This document shows, one piece after another, positions 28,256 to 37,496 of a stretch of DNA of 64,000 nucleotides. The stretch's first letter is position 1; every line of letters starts with the position of its first letter. Below the pieces are notes generated by a model, which saw nothing but the letters and a program-made list of their open reading frames with translations, was not told the origin of the DNA and made no database searches. The stretch is from positions 128,001-192,000 of the forward strand of contig JBFMAY010000002.1 of assembly GCA_040755455.1 (NCBI GenBank). The letters run 5' to 3'. Both the position numbers and the translations under genes were made by a program. This stretch comes from Thermodesulfobacteriota bacterium. Its GTDB lineage: Bacteria > Desulfobacterota > Desulfobulbia > Desulfobulbales > SURF-16.

Positions 28256-28537
28256 ATGACTCTGACCAAAGCGGACTTAATCAGTAAAATTCACATGTCC
28301 CACAATTTATCCAAGACCCGGGCCGGGGAAATTGTGGAAACATTTCTTGCAATCAGCAAAAACTGCCTGGCCGGCGGCGACGATCTCCTGCTCAGCGGCT
28401 TCGGCAAATTCCGCGTCAAAGGCAAAAAAGCCAGGCGGGGCCGCAATCCCAAGACAGGCGAAGAGATGGTGCTGGAGGCAAGAAGGGTGGTCACCTTTCA
28501 CCCGTCAGGCCATCTGCGGGACCGGATCAAAGGCTGA
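28256..28537 (+). CDS. ihfA: Integration host factor alpha / HU-family DNA-binding protein
   Basis: LTKADL, SGFGKF, RRGRNPKTGE, RRVVTF. Confidence 0.85.
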   Translation: MTLTKADLISKIHMSHNLSKTRAGEIVETFLAISKNCLAGGDDLLLSGFGKFRVKGKKARRGRNPKTGEEMVLEARRVVTFHPSGHLRDRIKG

Positions 28538-28565
28538 TCCCCCGACCCTGCTTTCCGCCCTATTT

Positions 28566-29447
28566 TCACCACAAAAGCCGGCGCTCCGAGGCGAACTCCA
28601 TCTTTTGCGCCGTGACCGGGTCGCGGAAACGGACCATCTCGGCCAGCAGCTGCAGGGGCCGGTGGAAATCATCCTCCCCGGCCGGCAGCAGCTCGGGATA
28701 ATACCGGTCGTTTTCTATCCGGAAGCCCAGGCCGCTCATATGGACCCGCAGCTGATGTTTCTTGCCCGTGGCCGGCTGCAGGAGAAAGCGGCCCCGGTTT
28801 TCCCTTCTTTCCAGGAGCCTGATCCGTGAGCGGCTGTTCGCCGGGCCAGGGACTGACTCCATCCTGAACCACGGGTGGCCAGCCACCAGCCTGTTTTCGA
28901 CCAGCCAGGCGATATCCGCCGGCTGATGGCCGCATTCGGCCACCGCCTGATATATTTTTTCCACCTGACCGTGCATGAAGAGGTCATGGTACAGGCCGCG
29001 GGTGCGGGGGTTGGCGGAAAACAGCACAATGCCCGCTGTTTCCCGGTCAATGCGGTGCAGCGGCACAAGATCAGTATTGCCCGTGCTCTTTTTCAACCGG
29101 TGCAGCAGACATTCATTGACATAGGGGCCGGCCGGCACGACGGGCAGGAAATGCGGTTTGCAGGCCACCAGCAGCTCATCATTGGCAAAGACAATCTTTT
29201 CCGCAAGGGGGATGACCGGTTCTTTATCCACCTCCCGGCAGTAGTAAATTTTTTTGCCGGGAACATAGGGGGTGGCGGCGGTGACGGGCCGGCCGTCACC
29301 GTCCAGCATCTTGCCCCCGGCCATGCGCAACTCCCATCTATCCCGCGGTACGCCCGGAAACCGCAGCAGCAGGAAATCCAGCACGGCAGGATAGGGTTTT
29401 GCCGTTGGCGGCAGGGTAACGGTTGAAAAATAGTCACAGAGAACCAT
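28566..29447 (-). CDS. RluA-family pseudouridine synthase
   Basis: KPHFLP, HRIDRETAG, TGKKHQLRVHM. Confidence 0.9.
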   Translation of the reverse strand: MVLCDYFSTVTLPPTAKPYPAVLDFLLLRFPGVPRDRWELRMAGGKMLDGDGRPVTAATPYVPGKKIYYCREVDKEPVIPLAEKIVFANDELLVACKPHFLPVVPAGPYVNECLLHRLKKSTGNTDLVPLHRIDRETAGIVLFSANPRTRGLYHDLFMHGQVEKIYQAVAECGHQPADIAWLVENRLVAGHPWFRMESVPGPANSRSRIRLLERRENRGRFLLQPATGKKHQLRVHMSGLGFRIENDRYYPELLPAGEDDFHRPLQLLAEMVRFRDPVTAQKMEFASERRLLW

Positions 29448-29734
29448 CGGCAATCTTCCGGCGGCAGGGGCTGTCCGGCCTGGTAATATTTTTGAAAACT
29501 CGCCCGGCGCTCCGGCGGTTTCCGCAGCACCAACGGGCAAATCCTATTCCCCACCCGCGGTTTAGGCAAGTTTTTTCTTACCGCAGCCGCCTCACCATGG
29601 GGCAATCCAGCAAAGCGGTTGAATTACATTGATGTTTTGGCTATACTCTGGCCAGGCGGCAAGGGCGCTCCCGCTCCCTGCCCCGCCAGAGTGAACAATT
29701 GATCGTGCAAACTCCGGAGCATCTAGGCAACACC

Positions 29735-31171
29735 ATGCAGGATACCGCATTCACACGTCAGTGCATATTCAACGCCCTTGACGGGGTGCAGGACGGTCTT
29801 TCCCGTTTTTCCGGCCCCAGCCGGGTTGCCTTGCTCTATGCCATGGGGCCGACGGACCCCATCCATGTTGTCGATCCCCAGAACCTGCTGCTGGGACATG
29901 AACCCAAACTGCAAGAACTCTTTCTGGACTCGGACGACTGGCGTCTCGGGCCGGCCAATCCCCTCAGAATAGACGGATTCAAACAGTTTCATCCGGTAAA
30001 GAATCTCGAGCTGGCCGGCCTTATTTCCTACGGGGCCCGCTCCAATATCATTTTCTACCAGATGTGGTTCACCGAGCACCATCCGGACATGTGCTCCATC
30101 GGTCCCACCGAATGCTGGCTGGAACATGCGGCCTGGTTGCTCGCCCATGACCTGGGCACCGACAGCAATCTCTATACCCGCACAACCGGCTATGTCCTGC
30201 GCGGCTATGCCACCCATGCCGTGCGGGATTTCATGGTGGATGAAATGAATGTCTTCCTCGGCTGGGATACCTACATTCGCGTCTACCCCATTCTCGATGC
30301 CGTGCTGGGCATCTCGGAAACCAGGGAAGAGGGGGCCTGGCCCAAGGGAGAGCTGGTCTTTGTCGAACCCCACGCCACCAGGGATATGGACTTCATGATC
30401 CAGTTCCCCCACGAGGGACGGCCCATGCTGAGCAATTTCAAACATGTGCGCAAGATCCTCCAGGCCGTGGAAAACTCCGACCGCCGACTGATTGCCGACG
30501 GCCAGCATATCGTCGGCATTACCACCGCCGCCCTGCCGGCCTTCAATATCATCGCCGATTTCCGCCGCGGCTACGGCTTTCTCAGCCTGAACGGCAATCC
30601 CGTGTGCAGCTTTTTCAACGGCAGCTTCCACTCCACCACCCATAAGGCCAAACTGGTGCAACTGGAGGAACTGCTGCTGGAAACCCCGCTCGAACTTGCC
30701 TGCACCCATCAGCTGTTTCAGATCATCGCCGCCCTGGTGCACAGCGCCGAAACCGAAAAACACGGCTGCACCCTGGTGCTTGACCTCAACCTCCAGCCCA
30801 TCGTGATCTCGGGCCAGCGCCTGGAACACCCGCTTGACCTGCGCCAGCCCTCCTTTCTGGAGCTGGCCAAAGCCCTGGCCAAGGTTGACGGGGCCCTGCA
30901 CATCGGCACGGATATGCATCTGCACTCCTTTGCCTGTCTGCTTGACGGCCGGACCGTGCCCGGCGAGGACCGCGCCCGGGGGGCGCGCTACAACTCGGCC
31001 CTGCGTTTCAGCTCGGAACACCGGGATATCATCGTTGTCGTGGTGTCCTCCGACCGGCCGGTCTCCATCATCGAGGAAGGGGTTGAAGTGAGCGCCCAAT
31101 GCCAGTTGAAACCGGTGGCCCGCTGTTTCGCCTCGCCGCCCGTCCTGGCGGACTGGCTTGCCGAAAAGTAA
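29735..31171 (+). CDS. DisA_N/DAC (diadenylate cyclase-like) domain protein with long N-terminal region
   Basis: C-terminal HGCTLV, KVDGA, RGARYNSA and VVVSSD motifs. Confidence 0.8.
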   Translation: MQDTAFTRQCIFNALDGVQDGLSRFSGPSRVALLYAMGPTDPIHVVDPQNLLLGHEPKLQELFLDSDDWRLGPANPLRIDGFKQFHPVKNLELAGLISYGARSNIIFYQMWFTEHHPDMCSIGPTECWLEHAAWLLAHDLGTDSNLYTRTTGYVLRGYATHAVRDFMVDEMNVFLGWDTYIRVYPILDAVLGISETREEGAWPKGELVFVEPHATRDMDFMIQFPHEGRPMLSNFKHVRKILQAVENSDRRLIADGQHIVGITTAALPAFNIIADFRRGYGFLSLNGNPVCSFFNGSFHSTTHKAKLVQLEELLLETPLELACTHQLFQIIAALVHSAETEKHGCTLVLDLNLQPIVISGQRLEHPLDLRQPSFLELAKALAKVDGALHIGTDMHLHSFACLLDGRTVPGEDRARGARYNSALRFSSEHRDIIVVVVSSDRPVSIIEEGVEVSAQCQLKPVARCFASPPVLADWLAEK

Positions 31172-31579
31172 GCCTGAAGATACCCACCCGGCCGGCAATG
31201 CGGCCGGATTTGCACTTCCTCCTTTTTCCTGCTCCCCTGCAGATACGGCCGGGCATAATTGTGTTTGACAAATGATAAGGATTATCTGAACATAAAATAA
31301 TAATCCATTTCCGCTATTCCGCCACCCCGCCCGGGTGGACTTTCTTTTTTGATCTATCGTGGCATGAACACCTGGTTTGTCACCCCGCCCTGGGCGGCAT
31401 GATAAACTTTTCTCCGCCGCAAGGCGAGCATGGACAACCGGCGGCAGCAGGGGCACCTAAGGTTTGATGCGCAACACATGCCATTTCCCCCTCTGTGCCG
31501 GACCAGCCCATTGCTGGCGGAATGCCCGGAACAGCTGGCCCTTTTTTGCCCATGGAAAAAACCGTTGCGAGGCATAGAG

Positions 31580-32929
31580 ATGGGAACGCATGACACAAAC
31601 CGGATATCACGGCGGGACTTTCTGAAAAACACCACGGCCGCCCTGGCCGGCTTAGCGGCGGCAGCCTATGTCCCGGGCCTGCCCTTTGCCGATGCGGCAG
31701 CGGCGGACATTGTTCCGCCGCTGATCACTGTTGAACAAAATCCGGTTATCAAGGTGCTCCGCTGGGGGGGCTTTCTCAAAAGCGACGAGGATATCTGGCT
31801 GGCGAACACCCGGCGCTGGGAGAAGTTGACCGGAGGCCGGGTCATTACCGATATCGTCCCCTTCAATGACGTGCGGCCCAATGCCGCCATGGAGGAAACG
31901 CTTGGCACCGGCCACGATATCGTGGTCGGCTGGTTTGACGACCCCCATCTCTATCCGGATAAGCTGCTGGATCTGAGCGACCTGGCCGCATACCTGGGCG
32001 GCAGGTACGGCGGCTGGTATCCGGTCTGTGAAACTTACGGCCGCAGTGCCCGCACCGGACAGTGGATCGCCCTGCCCGTGGGGTGTACCGGCCAGTGCAT
32101 CAATTACCGCCTGAGCCGGGTCCGCGAGGCCGGGTTTGAAACCATGCCCGCCGACATCCCCGGCTTTCTCAGGTGCTGCAAGGCGCTCAAGGCCAAGGGC
32201 CACCCCACCGGCTTTGCCCTGGGCCACGCGGTGGCGGACGGCAACGCCTGGTGCCACTGGTGGCTGTGGTCCTTCGGCGGCAAGGCGGTGGAGGCCGACG
32301 GCCGGACCGTCGCCATCAACAGCCAGGAAACCCTGCTGGCCCTGGAGACGGCCCGTGAACTGTTTGACACCATGATCCCCGGGGTGGACACCTGGCTTGA
32401 CCCCCACAACAACAAGGAATTTCTGGCCGGCAATATTTCGGTTACAAACAACGGCAGCAGCATCGCCTATGCCGCCCGGCAAAGCCTGCCGGACATTGAC
32501 GCCGATCTGGCTGTCATCAATTTTCCCACCGGTCCGGCGGCCATTCCGGCCGAACTCTCCGCCCTGAGCCAGGCCTTTATTTTCAAACACACTCTCATAC
32601 CCAACGCGGCCCGGCATTTCCTCCTATTCATGTTTGAGGAAGAGCAGTACGGCAGCTGGATAAACGGTTCATGTGGGTACATCAGCCAGAGCCTCAAAAA
32701 ATTCTATGATTTGCCCGGCTGGGAGCAGAATGCCAAAATCACTCCCTACCGGGAATGCATCAAGCGCATGCGCTCAAACGGCCATGCCGGCCCGCTGGGC
32801 ACGGCATCGGCAGCCGCCATGAGTGAATTCATCATCGTCGACATGATCCATGATGTCTGCACCGGCAATAAGCCCCCCCGCAGCGCTGTCCAGCGGGCGG
32901 AAAAAAGGTTCAGCCGGCTGTATGTTTAG
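31580..32929 (+). CDS. Tat-exported extracellular solute-binding protein (carbohydrate/CUT1-type fold)
   Basis: SRRDFLK twin-arginine signal; LLDLSDLA..LG..YGGWY; NNKEFLAG.IS.T.NG.SI. Confidence 0.88.
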   Translation: MGTHDTNRISRRDFLKNTTAALAGLAAAAYVPGLPFADAAAADIVPPLITVEQNPVIKVLRWGGFLKSDEDIWLANTRRWEKLTGGRVITDIVPFNDVRPNAAMEETLGTGHDIVVGWFDDPHLYPDKLLDLSDLAAYLGGRYGGWYPVCETYGRSARTGQWIALPVGCTGQCINYRLSRVREAGFETMPADIPGFLRCCKALKAKGHPTGFALGHAVADGNAWCHWWLWSFGGKAVEADGRTVAINSQETLLALETARELFDTMIPGVDTWLDPHNNKEFLAGNISVTNNGSSIAYAARQSLPDIDADLAVINFPTGPAAIPAELSALSQAFIFKHTLIPNAARHFLLFMFEEEQYGSWINGSCGYISQSLKKFYDLPGWEQNAKITPYRECIKRMRSNGHAGPLGTASAAAMSEFIIVDMIHDVCTGNKPPRSAVQRAEKRFSRLYV

Positions 32930-33058
32930 AAACCGTGCGAGTAAACATTACATTGCCGGTTATTTCGTTGCAGCCCCTTATGCCGGTCACGGCATGGCAA
33001 TGCAGCAGTTATTTTTACCCGACGGCTTAGCCGGCAAGAGGAAAATGGAGAACAGCTG

Positions 33059-34402
33059 ATGAGTAAAGCAAAGAAACATTGGCTTTCCCGCCGGAATTTT
33101 CTCACGGCATCGGCCGCGGGCCTGGCCTGCGGGGCCTGGCCCGCCCTGTTCCAGTTCAACCCCGCCCTGGCGGCGGATATTCCGGCCCCCCGCTTTGCCC
33201 TCGAACCGCAACCGCTCCTCAAGGTGCTGCGCTGGATGGGGTTTGTCAAGAGTGATGAGGAAATCTGGCGGATCAATACGAAAAAATGGGAGATTGCCAC
33301 CGGCGGCCGGGTGATCACCGATTTCATCCAATGGGAGGATGTCCGCTCCAGGGCCGCCATGGAATCGGTTCTGGGCGCGGGCCATGATATAGTCTTCGGC
33401 TGGTTCGACGATCCCCACCTTTACCCAGACCGGCTGCTTGATGTCAGCGAGTTGGCCGACTATCTCGGCAAAAAATACGGCGGCTGGTATCCGGTGTGTG
33501 AGGTCTATGGCCGTGACCCGCAAAGCAGACAATGGATCGCCCTGCCGCTCGGCAGCGCCGGCATTTGTCTGAACTACCGGGTGAGCCAGGTGCAGGAAGC
33601 CGGCTTTGCCAAGGTGCCGGATGATGTGGCGGGATTTCTCAGATGCTGCAAGGCGCTCAAGGCCAAAGGCCATCCCACCGGCTTCGCCCTGGGCCATGCC
33701 GTGGGCGACGCCAACGCCTGGACCCACTGGTGGCTGTGGTCCTTCGGCGGCAAGGCGGTTGAGTCGGACGGCCGAACCATCGCCATCAACAGCAGCGAGA
33801 CCGGGATGGCCCTGGAGGCGGCCCGCGAGTTCCATGACACCATGATCCCCGGGGTGGACACCTGGCTTGATCCCCACAACAACCAGGCCTTTCTGACCGG
33901 GCAGATCTCGCTCACCGCCAACGGCAACAGCATCTTTTTCGCCTCCATGCAGAATTCCCCCGACATCAACCGTGACCTGATGACCATGAATTTCCCGGTC
34001 GGCCCGGTGGGGTTTCCCACCGAACTCTCCCTGTTCAGTCTGGGCTTTATCTTTCAACACACCCCGGTTCCCAATGCTGCCAAACATTACCTGCAGTTCA
34101 TGTTCGAGGAGCCCTGCTACGGAGCATGGGAAAGCGGCACCTGGGGTTTTGTCACCCCGACCCTGCAATCATATTATGACATGGCGGCCTGGCATAAGGA
34201 CCCCCGCATCACCCCTTACCGGGAATGCACGGGCCGCATGCTGTGGAACGGCTATCAAGGGCCCTTGGGCGCGGCTTCAGCGGCGGCCCTGAATGAATAT
34301 GTCATCGTGGATATGTTCGCCGGCGTCTGCACCGGCGACAAGACGCCCAAGGCCGCCATGCTGGCGGCGGAAAAAAGGCTGGCCCGCATGTATCGCCGCT
34401 GA
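33059..34402 (+). CDS. Tat-exported extracellular solute-binding protein, tandem paralogue
   Basis: SRRNFLT signal; collinear with the upstream gene. Confidence 0.88.
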   Translation: MSKAKKHWLSRRNFLTASAAGLACGAWPALFQFNPALAADIPAPRFALEPQPLLKVLRWMGFVKSDEEIWRINTKKWEIATGGRVITDFIQWEDVRSRAAMESVLGAGHDIVFGWFDDPHLYPDRLLDVSELADYLGKKYGGWYPVCEVYGRDPQSRQWIALPLGSAGICLNYRVSQVQEAGFAKVPDDVAGFLRCCKALKAKGHPTGFALGHAVGDANAWTHWWLWSFGGKAVESDGRTIAINSSETGMALEAAREFHDTMIPGVDTWLDPHNNQAFLTGQISLTANGNSIFFASMQNSPDINRDLMTMNFPVGPVGFPTELSLFSLGFIFQHTPVPNAAKHYLQFMFEEPCYGAWESGTWGFVTPTLQSYYDMAAWHKDPRITPYRECTGRMLWNGYQGPLGAASAAALNEYVIVDMFAGVCTGDKTPKAAMLAAEKRLARMYRR

Positions 34403-37236
34403 TGGCCAGCGGACAGGAAACAGGAAACAGTCGAGGCGCCATGTTTCGTAAAACAAGCATCCAAAAAATAACCTTTCTCAGCTTTCTGGCGATCATTTTC
34501 CTTTTCGCCATCGGCCTGAGCGGGGGCTGGCTTTACGAAACATACCGGCATGCCGCGGTGGACTCGGCCATTGTTGAAAATGAATATCTCCGGGACCGGC
34601 AATGGCTGGTCCGCCATGAGGCGGAAAAAATCATCCAGCTCATTGACTTCCTGAGAAAGCAGCGAGAAAAAGAAGTCAGGGAGATGCTGCGTGAGCGCGT
34701 GCTGCAGGCCTATACCACCGCCCTGCACACCTATCAGGAAAATGAGGGCAGACTGCCGGAACCCGCCATCAAGCAACTCATCATAAAAGATCTGCGGGCC
34801 ATCCGCTTTGATAACGGCCTGGGCTATTATTTCGCCTCCACCTGCGAGGGGGGAGAGGAGATCATGACCGACCGCCCGGAGCTGGCCGGCCGGCAGCTGA
34901 CCAATGTGACCACCGCCTCCGACGCCGCCACGGTGCGGAGCATGGTGGCCATGGTGACCGACGACGAGGAGGCCTTCTACCAGTATATGGCTCCCGGCCT
35001 CAATAATGTTGAGCCGGCCCAGCCCAAACTGGCCTTTGTCAAGCATTTCGAACCGTTTGGCTGGCACATCGGCACCGCTGTTTATAAGGACGATATAACC
35101 CGCGATGTGCAGAAGAGGATTCTGGATTACCTGTACAGCATGCAAATAAGTATCGGCACCATCTCCGTCTTTCGCGAAGATGGCATCGCCCTGTTTCATT
35201 CCAGCAAGGAAAACATCGGCCGCAACATGTTTTCCTACACCGACGACAAAGGAATGGAAATCTACCGACAGCTCCTCCATGTCGCGCTGAGTGCCGAGGG
35301 CGGTCATGTCTCCTCTGCCTGGGAAGATGCCAGGACCGGTGACATTACCCCGAAAATCGCCTATGCCCGGTCATATGCGGATTGGCAGTGGATTGTTGCG
35401 GTGGATACCAACACCGCCGACATCCTGCAGTCTCTCCAGCAAAAGAAGAAAATACTGAAGCAGCAGGTCAACCGCTATATCATCAAGGTTCTCATTCTTT
35501 TTGTCGGCTTTGTCGGTATTATCATTCTCCTGTCCCACTATCTTTCCAGAAGGCTTGACAGGGAATTCCAGACATTCGCCACATTTTTTCAGGATGCGGC
35601 CTCCGGTTACCGGGAGATTGACGAAAAAAGCCTCACTGTCCGCGAATTCAGGAATCTTGCCGGGTCGGCCAACCGGATGATCCGTGACCGCCGGAAAAAC
35701 GAAGGGGAGATGCTGCGTCTGCGCGCCATGCTTAGCAGCATCGTCAACTCCATGCCCTCCATTCTTGTTGGCGTCGATCAAGACGGCAGGGTCATCCAAT
35801 GGAACCATGAGGCGGAAAAACAGACCGGCATTACTGCCGCCGCAGCCCTGGGCGGCATGCTGAGCGAGGTCCTGCCGCAACTGGCCGGACAAAAGGAAAA
35901 CATCCGCCAGGCCATTGAGGAGCGGCAGCCGAAGAAAACGACCAGGGTTGTTGACCAGCGTGACGGCAAGAGCCGTTATGCCGATATCATCGTCTATCCG
36001 CTCATCGGTGAGGCAGTGGCCGGGGCGGTGATCCGGATCGATGACGTCACCGAACAGGTGGATGCAGAGACGGAGAAAACCAAGCTGCTCACCCAGCTCC
36101 AGCACGCTCAGAAAATGGAGGCCATCGGCGCCCTGGCCAGCGGCATTGCCCATGATTTCAACAACATCCTCACCCCCATTCTCGGCTATGCCGATATGAT
36201 CAGAAATGAAACCCCGGAGGACAGCCATGTTTGCGCCTACCTCACCGCAGTGCTGAGTGCCGGCAACCGGGCCAAGGACCTGGTCAGCCAGATCCTCTCC
36301 TTCAGCCGCCAGCGGGAACAGGAGCGCCAGCCTGTGCACATCCACCTGATTGTCAAGGAGGCGCTGAAGCTGTTACGGGCCAGCATCCCTACCACCATCG
36401 ACATCCAGACCGACATCGACCAGAAATGTTGCCAGGTGCTGGCTGATCCCAGCCAGATCCACCAGATCGTCATGAATCTCTGCACCAATTCCTACCATGC
36501 CATGCGCGCCACCGGAGGAGTGCTGGCGGTCAGCCTGGCCCCCATTGATATCGGACCGGAGGATGCCAAGAATATTTCTCCGGATCTGGACCCCGGCCCA
36601 TATGTGCATCTGGCAATAAAAGACAGCGGCCATGGCATGGATCATATGACCATGGAGCGGATATTCGAACCGTACTTCACCACCAAAAAGGAGGGTGAAG
36701 GCACCGGTCTGGGACTTTCCGTGGTCCACAACATCGTCAAAAGCCATGGCGGCCATGTCACGGCCGCCAGCGAACTCGGCAAGGGGGCAACCTTTCATGT
36801 TTATCTGCCCCGTCTCCCGCAGGCCGGCGCCCCGCTTGCCCAGGTACTGGAGACCCTGCCGCTGGGCAATGAAAGGATTCTGCTGGTGGATGACGAAGAG
36901 GTCATTATGCGCATGGAGGAGTTGATGCTGACCGATCTCGGTTACCGGGTAACGGCACTGAAGAACAGCGAGCAGGCCTGGCTAACCTTCAGCGCCAGGC
37001 CCGATGATTTCGATCTCATCATCACCGATATGACCATGCCGCACATGACCGGTCTGGAATTGACCCAAAAAATTCTGGCGCTCAGACCGGATATCCCCAT
37101 CATCATGTGCACCGGCTTCAGCGAGCTGGTCAATGAAGAACAGGCCAAAGAGCATGGCGTCAGGGAGTATCTCATGAAGCCCGTCATGAAAAGGGATATG
37201 TCCTATGCGATTCGCAAGGCATTGGATGAAGATTGA
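34402..37236 (+). CDS. Cache-Cache-PAS hybrid sensor histidine kinase/response regulator
   Basis: TM, IRFDNGLGYYF...K..FVKHFEPFGWHIGTAVY and KIAYARSYADWQWIV Cache repeats, TM, PAS, AHDFNN, receiver; TGATG overlap (alternative start 34441). Confidence 0.92.
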   Translation: MASGQETGNSRGAMFRKTSIQKITFLSFLAIIFLFAIGLSGGWLYETYRHAAVDSAIVENEYLRDRQWLVRHEAEKIIQLIDFLRKQREKEVREMLRERVLQAYTTALHTYQENEGRLPEPAIKQLIIKDLRAIRFDNGLGYYFASTCEGGEEIMTDRPELAGRQLTNVTTASDAATVRSMVAMVTDDEEAFYQYMAPGLNNVEPAQPKLAFVKHFEPFGWHIGTAVYKDDITRDVQKRILDYLYSMQISIGTISVFREDGIALFHSSKENIGRNMFSYTDDKGMEIYRQLLHVALSAEGGHVSSAWEDARTGDITPKIAYARSYADWQWIVAVDTNTADILQSLQQKKKILKQQVNRYIIKVLILFVGFVGIIILLSHYLSRRLDREFQTFATFFQDAASGYREIDEKSLTVREFRNLAGSANRMIRDRRKNEGEMLRLRAMLSSIVNSMPSILVGVDQDGRVIQWNHEAEKQTGITAAAALGGMLSEVLPQLAGQKENIRQAIEERQPKKTTRVVDQRDGKSRYADIIVYPLIGEAVAGAVIRIDDVTEQVDAETEKTKLLTQLQHAQKMEAIGALASGIAHDFNNILTPILGYADMIRNETPEDSHVCAYLTAVLSAGNRAKDLVSQILSFSRQREQERQPVHIHLIVKEALKLLRASIPTTIDIQTDIDQKCCQVLADPSQIHQIVMNLCTNSYHAMRATGGVLAVSLAPIDIGPEDAKNISPDLDPGPYVHLAIKDSGHGMDHMTMERIFEPYFTTKKEGEGTGLGLSVVHNIVKSHGGHVTAASELGKGATFHVYLPRLPQAGAPLAQVLETLPLGNERILLVDDEEVIMRMEELMLTDLGYRVTALKNSEQAWLTFSARPDDFDLIITDMTMPHMTGLELTQKILALRPDIPIIMCTGFSELVNEEQAKEHGVREYLMKPVMKRDMSYAIRKALDED

Positions 37237-37496
37237 AGACAGCAGGCCCCTGCAATCATTTCCCCCACCCCTTGCCTTTCCCCGCTTGACCGGCATGCCG
37301 TTGACCGGGCAACATCGGCACATGGCCGAAAAACCGTGGCGGCGCCCGGCACAACCATTTGAAGATGCAAAGAAAAAAACTTGTGCTTCGTGACCGCCGT
37401 GGTATATCTGCGGGGGATGAAGATATTGTATGCAACCGTCTGCTGCCGCCATCTGTGTTTTCCCCGCGGAGCAAGAATCGATTTATGGGGTGAGGC

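Noticed and set aside
27250..28537. GIY-YIG, TerB and IHF as a defence island or mobile element
   Set aside because: Short housekeeping-type families, host-like composition, no integrase or boundaries.
31380..31490. c-di-GMP-I or c-di-AMP riboswitch upstream of the SBP genes
   Set aside because: Only CCTAAGG-like fragments; core GCAAA/GACGCAAAG or ydaO motifs not found.
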